From assembly GCA_020630675.1 (NCBI GenBank), contig JAHDIR010000010.1, positions 4,790-68,789 on the forward strand: DNA of 64,000 nt, in the 5' to 3' direction. The stretch comes from Bdellovibrionales bacterium (GTDB lineage: Bacteria; Bdellovibrionota; Bdellovibrionia; Bdellovibrionales; UBA1609). The translations under genes and the position numbers were made by a program. Numbering within the stretch: the stretch's first letter is position 1; each line of letters opens with the position of its first letter. This document shows, in pieces, positions 28,501 through 36,982 of the stretch. Below the pieces are notes generated by a model. That model did not search any database. It was not told the origin of the DNA and worked only from the letters and a program-made list of their open reading frames with translations.

Positions 28501-31500
28501 TGTTCAAGAAGGTGGCGAACAGTTAAACTTTCCTATTGAAGTCAAAGATAGCTCGAATGCTCTTGACCCTCGAAACCCTGATGACACCTATACATTTACA
28601 GATATTCCTCAGCTTATAGTTCCCCAAGGTGAGTTTAATTACTGTCGTGAGCCGGTGACGACTTTTACCGAAAGTCAGTCTTGTACCCCTTGTTCTGCTC
28701 CTTTGTCTCCAGAAAGGTATCACGCCTCTCGTTTTTGCTATTTGAACTTTAGGCCTGACATTCTTGATACAGCAGAATCATTTGAGTTAAAAGTGTCTGT
28801 GGATGAAGATGGGTATAGTGTTCCTGGTGGAACCCAGTCGTCAGAGTTTAGTTTAAATATAAATGTGTTAGAGTTTAATGAAGCCCCAGTTATGACCGAC
28901 GAAAATGGCAATGCCATTATAGGCACAGGTGACACGGTCTCTAACCCAATTGTTATTAATCAAGACTTTATTGAAGGGGTTCCTGGGGCTTTTAATTTAT
29001 ATGCCACTGATGGAGATAAAAGTTTAAACCTTAAAAAAGTAAACTTTGAAATTGAAGAGGTTTACGATGCTTCTTTAGCAAACCAAGTGGTCGCACGGCC
29101 AACGAATTTAACGGTGAATGTTACCGATCGTTTGTATGACCCAACAGGAATTGGTTCAACCTCTACGGCCGTTGTGAAATGGAAACCTACAGATGCTGAC
29201 ATTAAACAGTATGGTGGACCTGACGGTATAATTATTAAAGTCAATGTTTATGACAACATATCTATTCCTTCGCAACAACTAAGTGTGACTAAGTATTATA
29301 AATTAGGCCTAAGAAATACAAACAACATACCAAGCTTTTTAGGAATCAGTGATACCTTTGAGCCTGTCGCCGATACCTACTTCACTCAAACCATCACTGT
29401 CATTGATGGTGATAATTCCGTTCCTTTCGGTGGAAGTTTTGAAACTGACCTGAACCTGTGTTTAGATAATTTTGGAAACGAAGTCGGGCATGATGGTATT
29501 GATGAGTTTGGTGCTCTAAGCTCAACGGCTTTAGACACTTTGCCATTAAGCCCTTTTCATTCTTGTCATGTTAATAGTAATTTATGGGGTCATAAGTTCA
29601 CTCAATTTGAAAGTATATACGAAGGAAATCTAAGTGTGCCAGAGTGTCGGGTGAATCTTTCTGATGGTTCTAATGAAGTTAATCAAGACTTAGCCGTTCC
29701 TAAACTGACTCGTATTAATGGTCCTTATAATATCGGTGATAAAATTGCTTATGATTACCGTTTAGAGTGGTGCCCGCAAATTTCTCAAATTGGTCGTGCC
29801 AGTGTAGACCTTCTTTTGACTGATAATGGCGATACAAATAGAGCTGGTGATTCGCTTCCGTTCAAGCAAGGCTCAGTTTCTATTCAGGTGAATGTTATAA
29901 GCCCTGTGTTTTTTCAAAGCCCTAACTTAGCCTTGCAAGATGTTCCAGGCAGTGACCCTGTGGTGCAGGCTTATTTACCAAACCACTTTATGAAACAAAC
30001 AACAGCTAGAAGTGGCGACTTTAGATTTAAATACCCGCTAATTATTAACAATTCAAAAAAGAACCCGCTACAAGTGGTAATGAATGACTCGCCCAGAGAT
30101 TGCGGTTTAGATAATGGAGCTTGTCTTGTTGAAGAAAACGGGCAGTGGTCTATTGATTGGTCACCAAAATTTCCTGACGATGTGACCAACGATAACGATG
30201 AAAACACTTGGCACCGCTTTGAACTCACCGTGACAGACACTGTTACTAACGAAACAGATAACGTTTACTTTTTATTAAAAGTTCATGCTGCGAGCAGTAA
30301 CCAAAACTTTCCCGTTATAAATTCTGCAAGCCCAAATAACTCCAGCCTTTCCATGAATGAGCTGCAACCTCAAGTTTTTACAGTCAATGCTACAGATAGT
30401 GATAGTTTCCCTGCGCCCGAATTGCATTACCGCTGGTATGTTGATGGTGTCTTAGTTGATGACAATGGCCCTTCGTACACCTATGTGCCTGATAAATTTC
30501 AAGGCGGAATAGATGTTGATGGGGCTGGGCCTTTAGCTGTTGGAGAGCACACTCTTTTGGTAGAGGTGACAGATGGTAACTATGTGACTAGCCAATCGTG
30601 GAACGTAAATGTAAAAAATTCCTTTTTAGTCCCTCAGCCAGTTTTTGATTTTGTTGAACAAAGAAAGGAAGTGGATGGTAACGAGGTTTCAAATTTATCA
30701 TTAGAGCTGGAGCTTCCCGTTGAAGAAACATTTAGCACTCCATCTGGTGATGTGAGTATTAACTATGTGTTACTTTCGGGGGCTTATACCGTCGGAGTAA
30801 CACAAAAGCATTTTTTATGGAGCTTAAAGTTTTTTGAAGGAAGTCTTGTTCGAGATTTAGCTTCATCAAACCCATGGAGTTTATTTGAAGGTTTACCTTG
30901 GCCCAGCTTTCACAAAACAGAAAGATTGTCCTATTATACGTCTTCAGGGCAGTTGAGCTTCTTGGCCTCGGCTCAGCCGTCTCGTTCGGGACCATATAGT
31001 ACCATTTCAGATGCTGTAAAAATGAGTGGAAATTTTAGTGATATAGCCACACCTCTTGCCGGTGGTTTTAAATGTATTGGGTCGTGTGCTAAAAACCTAT
31101 ACCTCGGTACAGATGGTTATGGTCACCGAGTCACGGAGTCTTGGGGCAACTATTTATTTTTTGTTGATGATACCAATAAAAAGGTTCTATTTACCTATGA
31201 CACTGGCTCAAGTACAAATACAGTCGATAACTTTAGTAGTTTAGCTTTAGATGGGTCTGATGATTTTATTTATGGTATAGCTGCTAACGATCAAACAGGG
31301 CGCCTTTATATCACTTCTAAAGATATTAACTCAGGAGAAAGCTATGTTCATGTTTATGACTTATCTCCTTTGGGGAGTAATATTGTCAGCTCTGGTTCGG
31401 CTGTGCCAAACTTGGTCGGGAGAATAAACCTTGTGCCTCCTGCGCCCTTTGCCGGAGTTTCCGCAGGACCAACAGATATAGTTGTCGATCCAAGCACTAA

Positions 31501-31849
31501 CTCAGTTTATACTTTTTTAGCCGGAGTTGGCGGTGTTTTGAAGTTTGTTGATAATGGTGGGGCTTTGCCAACTTTGAGCTCAAGTGATTATCTTGGCTTA
31601 GGTTATATCTCGGCTTCACCGACGGACTTGGCCTCTTCTGGTCGCAAACTTTTCTTTGATGAAAACAACAGTATTTTGGCAGGAATTAGTCGTGAAGGAA
31701 ACCAAATTTTTACTGTTAACCCAGAAGACGGAAACAAAGTGAGTGTTCACTCTTACCCGGCAGCTTTTGATGCTATTCTTAATTTTTCTCAAACTGGAGT
31801 ATCAATGGTTGTTCAACGATCAAGCGGTCGCATCTTTGAATTAAAATAA
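25544..31849 (+). CDS. Giant surface lipoprotein with multiple cadherin-/Ig-like repeats and a C-terminal beta-propeller-like region
   Basis: TTG start 4 nt after RBS TAGGAG. Lipobox 'FFLMGC'. Repeat boundaries typical of cadherin-like/Ig-like domains: 'VVNSPPVLDP', 'DPDGDLIFYIW', 'IDVNSPPQMIGG', 'LEFNEAPVMTD', 'RNTNNIPSFLG', 'SNQNFPVINS'. The C-terminal 400 aa carry propeller-like strands ('GRLYITSKD...YVHVYDL', 'NSVYTFLAGVGGVLKFVD'). Confidence 0.7.
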   Translation: MVPILKVIIFTGFFFLMGCLTQEAENFNIVIPPGDQVSFTSEDFLEFSEDEYLVLFRGVGEENHDLYDILDITPLEEKRVDPLEIHRQIIPKGTELNGTFVVEVVMDFHKTHFVSFVFGNEYVAKPNMYTTLTYKLLANYPNKKVNTFSQQEIESITAFIETFAQQRMSLFNLTTESVKLDLLFKFVQNGLSSDVEFLDFVANLGIEFNYNSEGDITSAPHPFGVVNSPPVLDPNFSTPQGVIAGQEAADITVSSPAFDPDGDLIFYIWNFEGEFHSADSSSFFWVPTYQDSRPENYQLNSLISDGGKILNSQWDIKVLDSNLFPELIVNCPQTVTENQEFRCTLEAYDINEDPITWSLANSGFDGPVSLGGQPPGTPAMGTTADLVFTPNNADAKRGSATFEVRINDGKGGTDFRLITLSVIDVNSPPQMIGGIVATNMLNNPAREWDYCLDRDVYLGNDDSIDKGPFSFSVVIQDPDNVNGAFPEDVISLRISGLGTENILPREIDPIVFDTINNQVIYHYEWKPNHDSKVANINFLISDDHGGFGDTVQIQQVAQDVNQRPCIESTGNFFGYLYKYQHFVSNQNQRAYDNDGDIPIMVATNFSRGTVGNFSLDQIPFYEYDEKPLVVRQKVDESDYSFKTQDFSLSQNYRVYAESLHAGVLTFERPTAAGSDISVPEGYTVNLIEASTGHFIEYETAVDFTIEADDVKVAVPIRAINREVTANLLSVIDTSEVGPLTDPTLVLSHSGFDTKLSNITISRGPGSPNNNVWIDENLIFRNAPGQKSMAFKPAGNFFLGAGENSVTIPIIRDRQSFPASSAINYVSLAPDITVSLGGTVHDHNGYWIRPVRNFTYFYHDIVAYDGALTEANEINVITTGSFPSHLQVNNLAQFEQEGDVVFSRPTTDSLTTLTIPANTEVRTLNDKKYRTQQSLTLLPGESSGVVRVKRTPDISPPRTNGEARYVRIMHRDWNYKPIQGSGSLSFSVQEGGEQLNFPIEVKDSSNALDPRNPDDTYTFTDIPQLIVPQGEFNYCREPVTTFTESQSCTPCSAPLSPERYHASRFCYLNFRPDILDTAESFELKVSVDEDGYSVPGGTQSSEFSLNINVLEFNEAPVMTDENGNAIIGTGDTVSNPIVINQDFIEGVPGAFNLYATDGDKSLNLKKVNFEIEEVYDASLANQVVARPTNLTVNVTDRLYDPTGIGSTSTAVVKWKPTDADIKQYGGPDGIIIKVNVYDNISIPSQQLSVTKYYKLGLRNTNNIPSFLGISDTFEPVADTYFTQTITVIDGDNSVPFGGSFETDLNLCLDNFGNEVGHDGIDEFGALSSTALDTLPLSPFHSCHVNSNLWGHKFTQFESIYEGNLSVPECRVNLSDGSNEVNQDLAVPKLTRINGPYNIGDKIAYDYRLEWCPQISQIGRASVDLLLTDNGDTNRAGDSLPFKQGSVSIQVNVISPVFFQSPNLALQDVPGSDPVVQAYLPNHFMKQTTARSGDFRFKYPLIINNSKKNPLQVVMNDSPRDCGLDNGACLVEENGQWSIDWSPKFPDDVTNDNDENTWHRFELTVTDTVTNETDNVYFLLKVHAASSNQNFPVINSASPNNSSLSMNELQPQVFTVNATDSDSFPAPELHYRWYVDGVLVDDNGPSYTYVPDKFQGGIDVDGAGPLAVGEHTLLVEVTDGNYVTSQSWNVNVKNSFLVPQPVFDFVEQRKEVDGNEVSNLSLELELPVEETFSTPSGDVSINYVLLSGAYTVGVTQKHFLWSLKFFEGSLVRDLASSNPWSLFEGLPWPSFHKTERLSYYTSSGQLSFLASAQPSRSGPYSTISDAVKMSGNFSDIATPLAGGFKCIGSCAKNLYLGTDGYGHRVTESWGNYLFFVDDTNKKVLFTYDTGSSTNTVDNFSSLALDGSDDFIYGIAANDQTGRLYITSKDINSGESYVHVYDLSPLGSNIVSSGSAVPNLVGRINLVPPAPFAGVSAGPTDIVVDPSTNSVYTFLAGVGGVLKFVDNGGALPTLSSSDYLGLGYISASPTDLASSGRKLFFDENNSILAGISREGNQIFTVNPEDGNKVSVHSYPAAFDAILNFSQTGVSMVVQRSSGRIFELK

Positions 31850-31882
31850 TTTGTGTTCAGAACAATAACTTTTTTTATAACG

Positions 31883-32938
31883 TTAAATGTTTTTAGAAAG
31901 TTTTTTTATCACCTTGCGCAGGTCAGGCAAGTGAGGCAGGCTGGCCACTGTTTTGAGGCTGGCTTTTAAGCTTTGCAAGGGGTAGCCTCCATACATGCCG
32001 GGCTTTAAAATACTTTTTGAAACTCCAGATAGGCCGGCTAACATGACTTGACTGGCAATTTTAATATGACCAGTAACAGTGGTTCGTCCGCCAATCACAC
32101 AATGATCGCCAATGGTGACTGAGCCGGCAGCAATAAAACCACCGGTGACAAGGTTATGTTTGCCCAGAATTATATTGTGACCAAAGTGACAGTTGTTATC
32201 TATTTTAGTTCCTTCTCCAATTTCAGAATTTTCATAGGTTCCACGATCAATAAATACCCCGGCGCCAATGTCGACGTTATCATGAAGAATTACATTTCCT
32301 AAGTGCGGCTTAAAAATATGTTCGCCTTTGTCTGTGGCTCCATAGCCAAAGCCATCGGTACCAATGGAGGTGTTGGATTGAATTTTACAATTTTTACCGA
32401 CGATGGTGTCATGGCCTAGAAATACCAGTGGAAAAATGTGGGAGCCCTCTCCTATTTGACATCCAGCCTCAATAACACTGTTGGGGCCAATATATACATT
32501 TTCGCCAATAACACAGTTTTCATCAACACAGGCTCCAGGGCCTATAGTGACATTTTTTCCTAAAGCCACCGATTGAGCAATATGTGCAGAAGGGTGAACC
32601 CCTGGCTGGTTATCGAAATTTTTGCCGTAATGGGCGGGAGTAAAAAATTTTTGGTTAATCCAAGCCATACAGGCGTGTAAGTTTTTGCAAGAAAAAATAA
32701 CTTTGTCAGAATTTTTGTAATTATTTTCTGGCGGGCAGACCTTTTCATCAAAGATAAGAAGAGTCGCCTGTGAGTTGATAGCCTCTTCTATGTGGAGTTT
32801 TTCAGAAATAAACAAGACAGAGCCCGGTTTTGGGTGGCTCACAGCACTGGTGGGAGCCAAGGGGCCTGTGTTTAAATCACCATGAAGGTGGCTTAGGTGG
32901 TTCGGCAAAAAGTTTAGTATTTCTAAACACTTAATCAT
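31883..32938 (-). CDS. lpxD: UDP-3-O-acylglucosamine N-acyltransferase
   Basis: Long left-handed beta-helix hexapeptide repeats with LpxD-specific 'IGTDGFGY' and 'VDIGAGVFIDRGTYENSEIGEGTKIDNNCHFGHNIILG'; 351 aa. Confidence 0.9.
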   Translation of the reverse strand: MIKCLEILNFLPNHLSHLHGDLNTGPLAPTSAVSHPKPGSVLFISEKLHIEEAINSQATLLIFDEKVCPPENNYKNSDKVIFSCKNLHACMAWINQKFFTPAHYGKNFDNQPGVHPSAHIAQSVALGKNVTIGPGACVDENCVIGENVYIGPNSVIEAGCQIGEGSHIFPLVFLGHDTIVGKNCKIQSNTSIGTDGFGYGATDKGEHIFKPHLGNVILHDNVDIGAGVFIDRGTYENSEIGEGTKIDNNCHFGHNIILGKHNLVTGGFIAAGSVTIGDHCVIGGRTTVTGHIKIASQVMLAGLSGVSKSILKPGMYGGYPLQSLKASLKTVASLPHLPDLRKVIKKLSKNI

Positions 32939-33149
32939 ATTAGTTCACCTTTTTATTGAGGGGTGTTGTTGCTGAAACAAAGCGTAAATGAGCGGAGATC
33001 ATTTTATCTTGGTGGGTATTCTAGCCAAGGACAGTGAACAGGGAAAGGAAAAAACAGAGCTGCAGAAGCCGGCGTGGCTAAAAAGTCACCACAAACACTG
33101 TGGATATTTTTTTTATAACGCTTTTCTTTTCTCTTGCGTTAATGAGCGC

Positions 33150-33178
33150 TTGGAAGTTTTATTTAAGGGTGGTATTAA
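33150..33178 (+). promoter_or_regulatory. Candidate sigma70-type promoter for infA-tex
   Basis: TTGGAA-N17-TATTAA, about 43 nt upstream of infA ATG 33221. Pattern match only. Confidence 0.3.
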
Positions 33179-33220
33179 AATCATATTCTAAATTATAAGC
33201 CCTAATGAGGAAAATTATAT

Positions 33221-33439
33221 ATGGCCAAAGATGATCTCGCACAACTTGAAGGCAAAGTGATCGATGCCGGAGCTGGTGGACTTTATAAAATTAAGCTGGA
33301 AAATGAAGTTGAAATTTCAGCTAAGCTCTGTGGAAAAATGAGACGCTTTAACATTCGTGTTGTTGTTGGTGATCGTGTGACTGTTGGGGTTTCTCCTTAC
33401 GATCCATCCCATGGCCTTATAATGTACAGACACAAATAA
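33221..33439 (+). CDS. infA: Translation initiation factor IF-1
   Basis: 72-aa S1-like OB-fold protein with the typical IF-1 sequence 'AKDD...EGKV...LCGKMRRFNIRVVVGDRVTVGVSPYD...G.I.YR.K'. RBS GAGGAAAA. Confidence 0.95.
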   Translation: MAKDDLAQLEGKVIDAGAGGLYKIKLENEVEISAKLCGKMRRFNIRVVVGDRVTVGVSPYDPSHGLIMYRHK

Positions 33440-33444
33440 AGTTC

Positions 33445-35844
33445 ATGGAAAAATTAAGTCACCTATCCCTCAATATAAAGTCGTATTATTCAAAAAAACT
33501 TCCCGGAGTGTCGGACAAGTCCATTTTGGCGGTGATTAACTTAACCGCCGAAGGTGGCACGGTTCCGTTTATATCTCGTTACAGAAAAGACCAAACCGGC
33601 AATTTAGATGAAGTTCAAGTTCGAGACGTGGTTCATCTCTTTGAGGCTTGGGAGGCTCTTGAAAAGCGAAAAGCTTTTGTCGTCGAAGAGCTCACCAAAC
33701 AAAAAAACCTCACAGATGAACTGCAAAAACAAATTGAAGCTTGTGATGAAATGCGTGAGCTTGAAGAGATTTACAGGCCTTACAAGAAAAAGAAAAAAAC
33801 AAAGGCCAAAATAGCTCGCGATGCTGGTTTAGGCCCGTTAGCCGACTGGGCTTGGAAGTTGGGTCATGGTGAACTCAAAGATGCCACTGCCATTGAAGTT
33901 AAAGCCAAAGAGTATATTAACATAGAAGCTGGCTTTGCCACCTACGATGAAGTTCTTAGAGGTGTTGGCCACATTATCGTTGAAAAGTTAAATACAAACT
34001 TAGACCTCAGAAAAAGAGTCAGAGACGACTACTTTAAAAATGCTATTTTAACCTCAGTAAAAACCACTAAATTTAAGAAAAACTCTAAGTTTGAAAAGTA
34101 TGCCGAGTTTAAAGAAGAGGCCAAAAAGCTTTTAGATAAAAAAGCGTCTCATCGTTATCTTGCCATGAGAAGAGGTTGGCAAGAAGGTGAGCTGAAAATT
34201 GCTTTCATTTCAAGTGATGAAGATCTTTTGTCTGACTTCGAAGCTGCTGCATGCACAGAAATGAATACCAATGTCAGTTCTTTGCTGAAAATGAGTGCAA
34301 AAGTGGCTTTAACCGTTCATGTTATTCCTTCGGTCACCAACGAGTTACATAGTTTGTTAAAAGAAACTGCCGATCAACATGCTATTGATGTTTTTGCCGA
34401 TAATTTGCGACGAGTTCTTATGGGTAGCCCTTTTGGAACAAAGGTTGTTTTAGGTGTAGATCCTGGTTTAAAAACCGGCTGTAAATTAGCTTTAGTGGAT
34501 CAAAGTGGAACTTACATTTCTCACACCGTAATGCACATCTTAGCTAAAGATGATTTTGAAAAAGCCAAAAAACTTTTTAAAGAGCTCTTTGCTCAACTTA
34601 AACTAGAAGTTATTGCTGTGGGCAATGGAACCGGCGGGCGTGAAGCTGAAGTTTTTATTGGCAAGGTTTTAAAAGATCTTGAAATTAAAGATTGTCATGT
34701 GCTGATGGTGAATGAGGCAGGGGCGAGTGTTTACTCGGCCTCCGACGTCGCTCGTAATGAGTTTCCAGATTTAGACTTAACAGTGAGAGGGGCCATTTCT
34801 ATCGCTCGTAGGTTGCAAGACCCACTGGCTGAGCTCGTGAAAATTGACCCTAAAAGTATCGGTGTTGGTCAGTACCAACACGATGTGCCTCAGGCTGATT
34901 TAAAAAAGTCATTGTCAGCCGTTGTCGAGTCGTGTGTGAACCAAGTTGGTGTCAACTTAAACACAGCTTCTGAGTCTTTGCTTCAGTATGTTTCAGGAAT
35001 TGGTCCGGCTATTGCTAAAAATATTCTAACTTATCGTAAAGAAAACGGGCTTTTTAAAGAGCGAAACGACCTTCTTAAGGTGGAACGTCTTTCGACAAAA
35101 GCCTTTGAATTGAGTGCGGGCTTTTTAAGAGTTCCGGAAAGTCCTTTTGTTTTAGATCATATGGGAATACACCCTGAACGCTACACTGCGGTTCGTGAAA
35201 TGGCAAAAGACGTGGATGTGAATGTGGCAAAATTGGCCACCTCCGAAGGTTTAAGTGCTTTAAAAGCAAAAAGAGAAAAGTGGGTAAAGCTGGTTGGTGA
35301 ATACACTTTTGATGATATTGTGGCTGAGCTGGAAAAACCAGGACGTGACCCTCGTGATCCTTATAAAATTTTTAAATTTCGCGATGATATTCATGAGGTT
35401 AAAGACTTAAAAGAAGATATGATTTGCCCAGGAATAGTTACCAATGTCACAAATTTTGGTGCTTTTGTAGATGTCGGTGTTCATCAGGATGGTTTAGTTC
35501 ATATTTCTCACCTTTCTCATGACTTTGTCGATGACCCGCAAAAAGTAGTGAGCCCTGGTGACCAAGTTCAAGTGAAAGTGTTGACAGTGGATAGTGAAAA
35601 AAATCAAATTTCTCTTTCCATGCTTTTAAAAGAAAAACCTAAGGTGGCTGTAAACCCTAAGTCTAAGAGTAAAGCTCGGGCAAAAGGTGCTGCTAAAGCT
35701 AAAGATGGAAAGTTCAAGCGTGACCCTAAAAAAGGACCTCGTAAAAATAATGACGGTAAAAGAAGAGCGCCGGAGCGTCCAAGACGTGAAAAGCAAGTTT
35801 TTAATAACCCGTTTGCTGCCTTGAGTGGACTCAAAAAAGACTAA
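33445..35844 (+). CDS. tex: Tex-like transcription accessory protein (YqgF/HhH/S1 domains) with a basic C-terminal tail
   Basis: N-terminal 'TVPFISRYRKDQTGNLDEVQVRDV'; YqgF-like 'VLGVDPGLKTGCKLALVD'; C-terminal S1 domain 'GIVTNVTNFGAFVDVGVHQDGLVHISHLS...GDQVQVKVLTVD'. Confidence 0.9.
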   Translation: MEKLSHLSLNIKSYYSKKLPGVSDKSILAVINLTAEGGTVPFISRYRKDQTGNLDEVQVRDVVHLFEAWEALEKRKAFVVEELTKQKNLTDELQKQIEACDEMRELEEIYRPYKKKKKTKAKIARDAGLGPLADWAWKLGHGELKDATAIEVKAKEYINIEAGFATYDEVLRGVGHIIVEKLNTNLDLRKRVRDDYFKNAILTSVKTTKFKKNSKFEKYAEFKEEAKKLLDKKASHRYLAMRRGWQEGELKIAFISSDEDLLSDFEAAACTEMNTNVSSLLKMSAKVALTVHVIPSVTNELHSLLKETADQHAIDVFADNLRRVLMGSPFGTKVVLGVDPGLKTGCKLALVDQSGTYISHTVMHILAKDDFEKAKKLFKELFAQLKLEVIAVGNGTGGREAEVFIGKVLKDLEIKDCHVLMVNEAGASVYSASDVARNEFPDLDLTVRGAISIARRLQDPLAELVKIDPKSIGVGQYQHDVPQADLKKSLSAVVESCVNQVGVNLNTASESLLQYVSGIGPAIAKNILTYRKENGLFKERNDLLKVERLSTKAFELSAGFLRVPESPFVLDHMGIHPERYTAVREMAKDVDVNVAKLATSEGLSALKAKREKWVKLVGEYTFDDIVAELEKPGRDPRDPYKIFKFRDDIHEVKDLKEDMICPGIVTNVTNFGAFVDVGVHQDGLVHISHLSHDFVDDPQKVVSPGDQVQVKVLTVDSEKNQISLSMLLKEKPKVAVNPKSKSKARAKGAAKAKDGKFKRDPKKGPRKNNDGKRRAPERPRREKQVFNNPFAALSGLKKD

Positions 35845-35852
35845 CGACAAAA

Positions 35853-35885
35853 AGGCTCAAAAAAATTTGCTTGGGCCTTTTTTTT
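35853..35885 (+). terminator. Rho-independent terminator of tex
   Basis: 8-bp stem AGGCTCAA / TTGGGCCT (one G-U pair on the + strand RNA) with a 10-nt loop, followed by a run of T residues. It lies between convergent genes. Confidence 0.55.
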
Positions 35886-35890
35886 AAGCG

Positions 35891-36673
35891 TCATAAATAT
35901 TTTAAAAGATGTTGAGTCAACTGTGTAAAACCCTGTCCTCCAGGCAAACTCATCACATATTTTGGCTTTTGCTTTAGCTCGTTGCTAAAAGATTTAATGT
36001 TACTAACGGCAAAAGAGTTCTCAAATTTTCCAAACATAGGTTCGTCATTGGGAGAGTCTCCAACAAATAAACTGTAAGTTTGTGCTTGTTCAAGGGTTGT
36101 GTTGAATTCATTTTTTAGAAAAGTTTGGCACATGGTCAGCTTGTCATAGTTACCAAACCAGCCGTTGACATGAATAGAGCTAACTTTGGCGACAGCCCCC
36201 TTTTTTTTGAAAATATCAACAATCTTTTCAATGTCTTGCTTGGGCAAAGTGGGCACATCTTCGCAAAAGTCGATGGCCAAATCAAAGAGGCGACAAAATT
36301 GATCAGATGCTATGGCCGCTCCGGGTACTTGTTGTAAAACCTCTTGTTCTATGAGGTTCAGCTTTGATCTGTTTTTAGCGATAGTGTTTTGTTCATAAAC
36401 ATAATGTCTTTTCATGGTTTTATCAATGTAACGAAAATAGAGGGCGCCATTTTCTCCAATCACACCTGAAACAGGCCACATACGAGCAATCATTTCACAC
36501 CATCCTGCTGGGCGGCCTGTGATTGGTACAATATGAAGGCCTTTTTCATAAAGCTGCCAAAGGCTTTCGTAGGCATTTGCAGGAAGTCGGCCTTCTTCAG
36601 TGAGGGTGTCATCAATATCTGTGAAAACAAATTGTAATTTTTCTTTAGGTAAAAAATCAGTGTAACTTTTCAT
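35891..36673 (-). CDS. HAD-IIB family sugar-phosphate phosphatase-like hydrolase
   Basis: HAD motif I 'VFTDIDDTL', motif II 'VPITGR' and motif IV 'FVGDSPNDEPMF'. Confidence 0.7.
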   Translation of the reverse strand: MKSYTDFLPKEKLQFVFTDIDDTLTEEGRLPANAYESLWQLYEKGLHIVPITGRPAGWCEMIARMWPVSGVIGENGALYFRYIDKTMKRHYVYEQNTIAKNRSKLNLIEQEVLQQVPGAAIASDQFCRLFDLAIDFCEDVPTLPKQDIEKIVDIFKKKGAVAKVSSIHVNGWFGNYDKLTMCQTFLKNEFNTTLEQAQTYSLFVGDSPNDEPMFGKFENSFAVSNIKSFSNELKQKPKYVMSLPGGQGFTQLTQHLLKYL

Positions 36674-36982
36674 ATGAAAACGTCCTTTGTCTAGAAAGGT
36701 TTTATTTATTGTAACACCAAGAGGGTGATTTTTTCCTAAAAAAAAATATTTCTATAAAAGAGAATTGAAAGAAATGGGTCTAGTTTTTATAAGGACGCGG
36801 CCAAGATTTAAATTCCGAGATTCATAGTTCAGTGGGCTTGGAGCGCTAACTTGAGTCGGCCTTAGGTACGGCGCGATATAAAAAAAAAGGCTAGCCATAA
36901 ATATAAATTCACTTCATCTATATATATAGGGCCATTTGCTGGCCTGATCAAAAGTAACTTACGAACAAGGTGGATCTAAAAA

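Noticed and set aside
16565-31244. About 30 short ORFs (60-98 aa) on both strands inside the three giant lipoprotein genes
   Set aside because: All are nested in, or antisense to, long uninterrupted ORFs with strong repeat-domain signatures. They are expected by chance in 16 kb of coding sequence.
32988-33191. 67-aa ORF in the lpxD-infA intergenic region
   Set aside because: It has no RBS and an odd composition, and it occupies the region where the infA promoter is expected.
36815-36895. D-loop-like string 'TAGTTCAGTGGG' that suggested a tRNA upstream of topA
   Set aside because: There is no complementary D-stem, no GTTCGA/GTTCAA T-loop and no acceptor-stem pairing, so it is not a tRNA.
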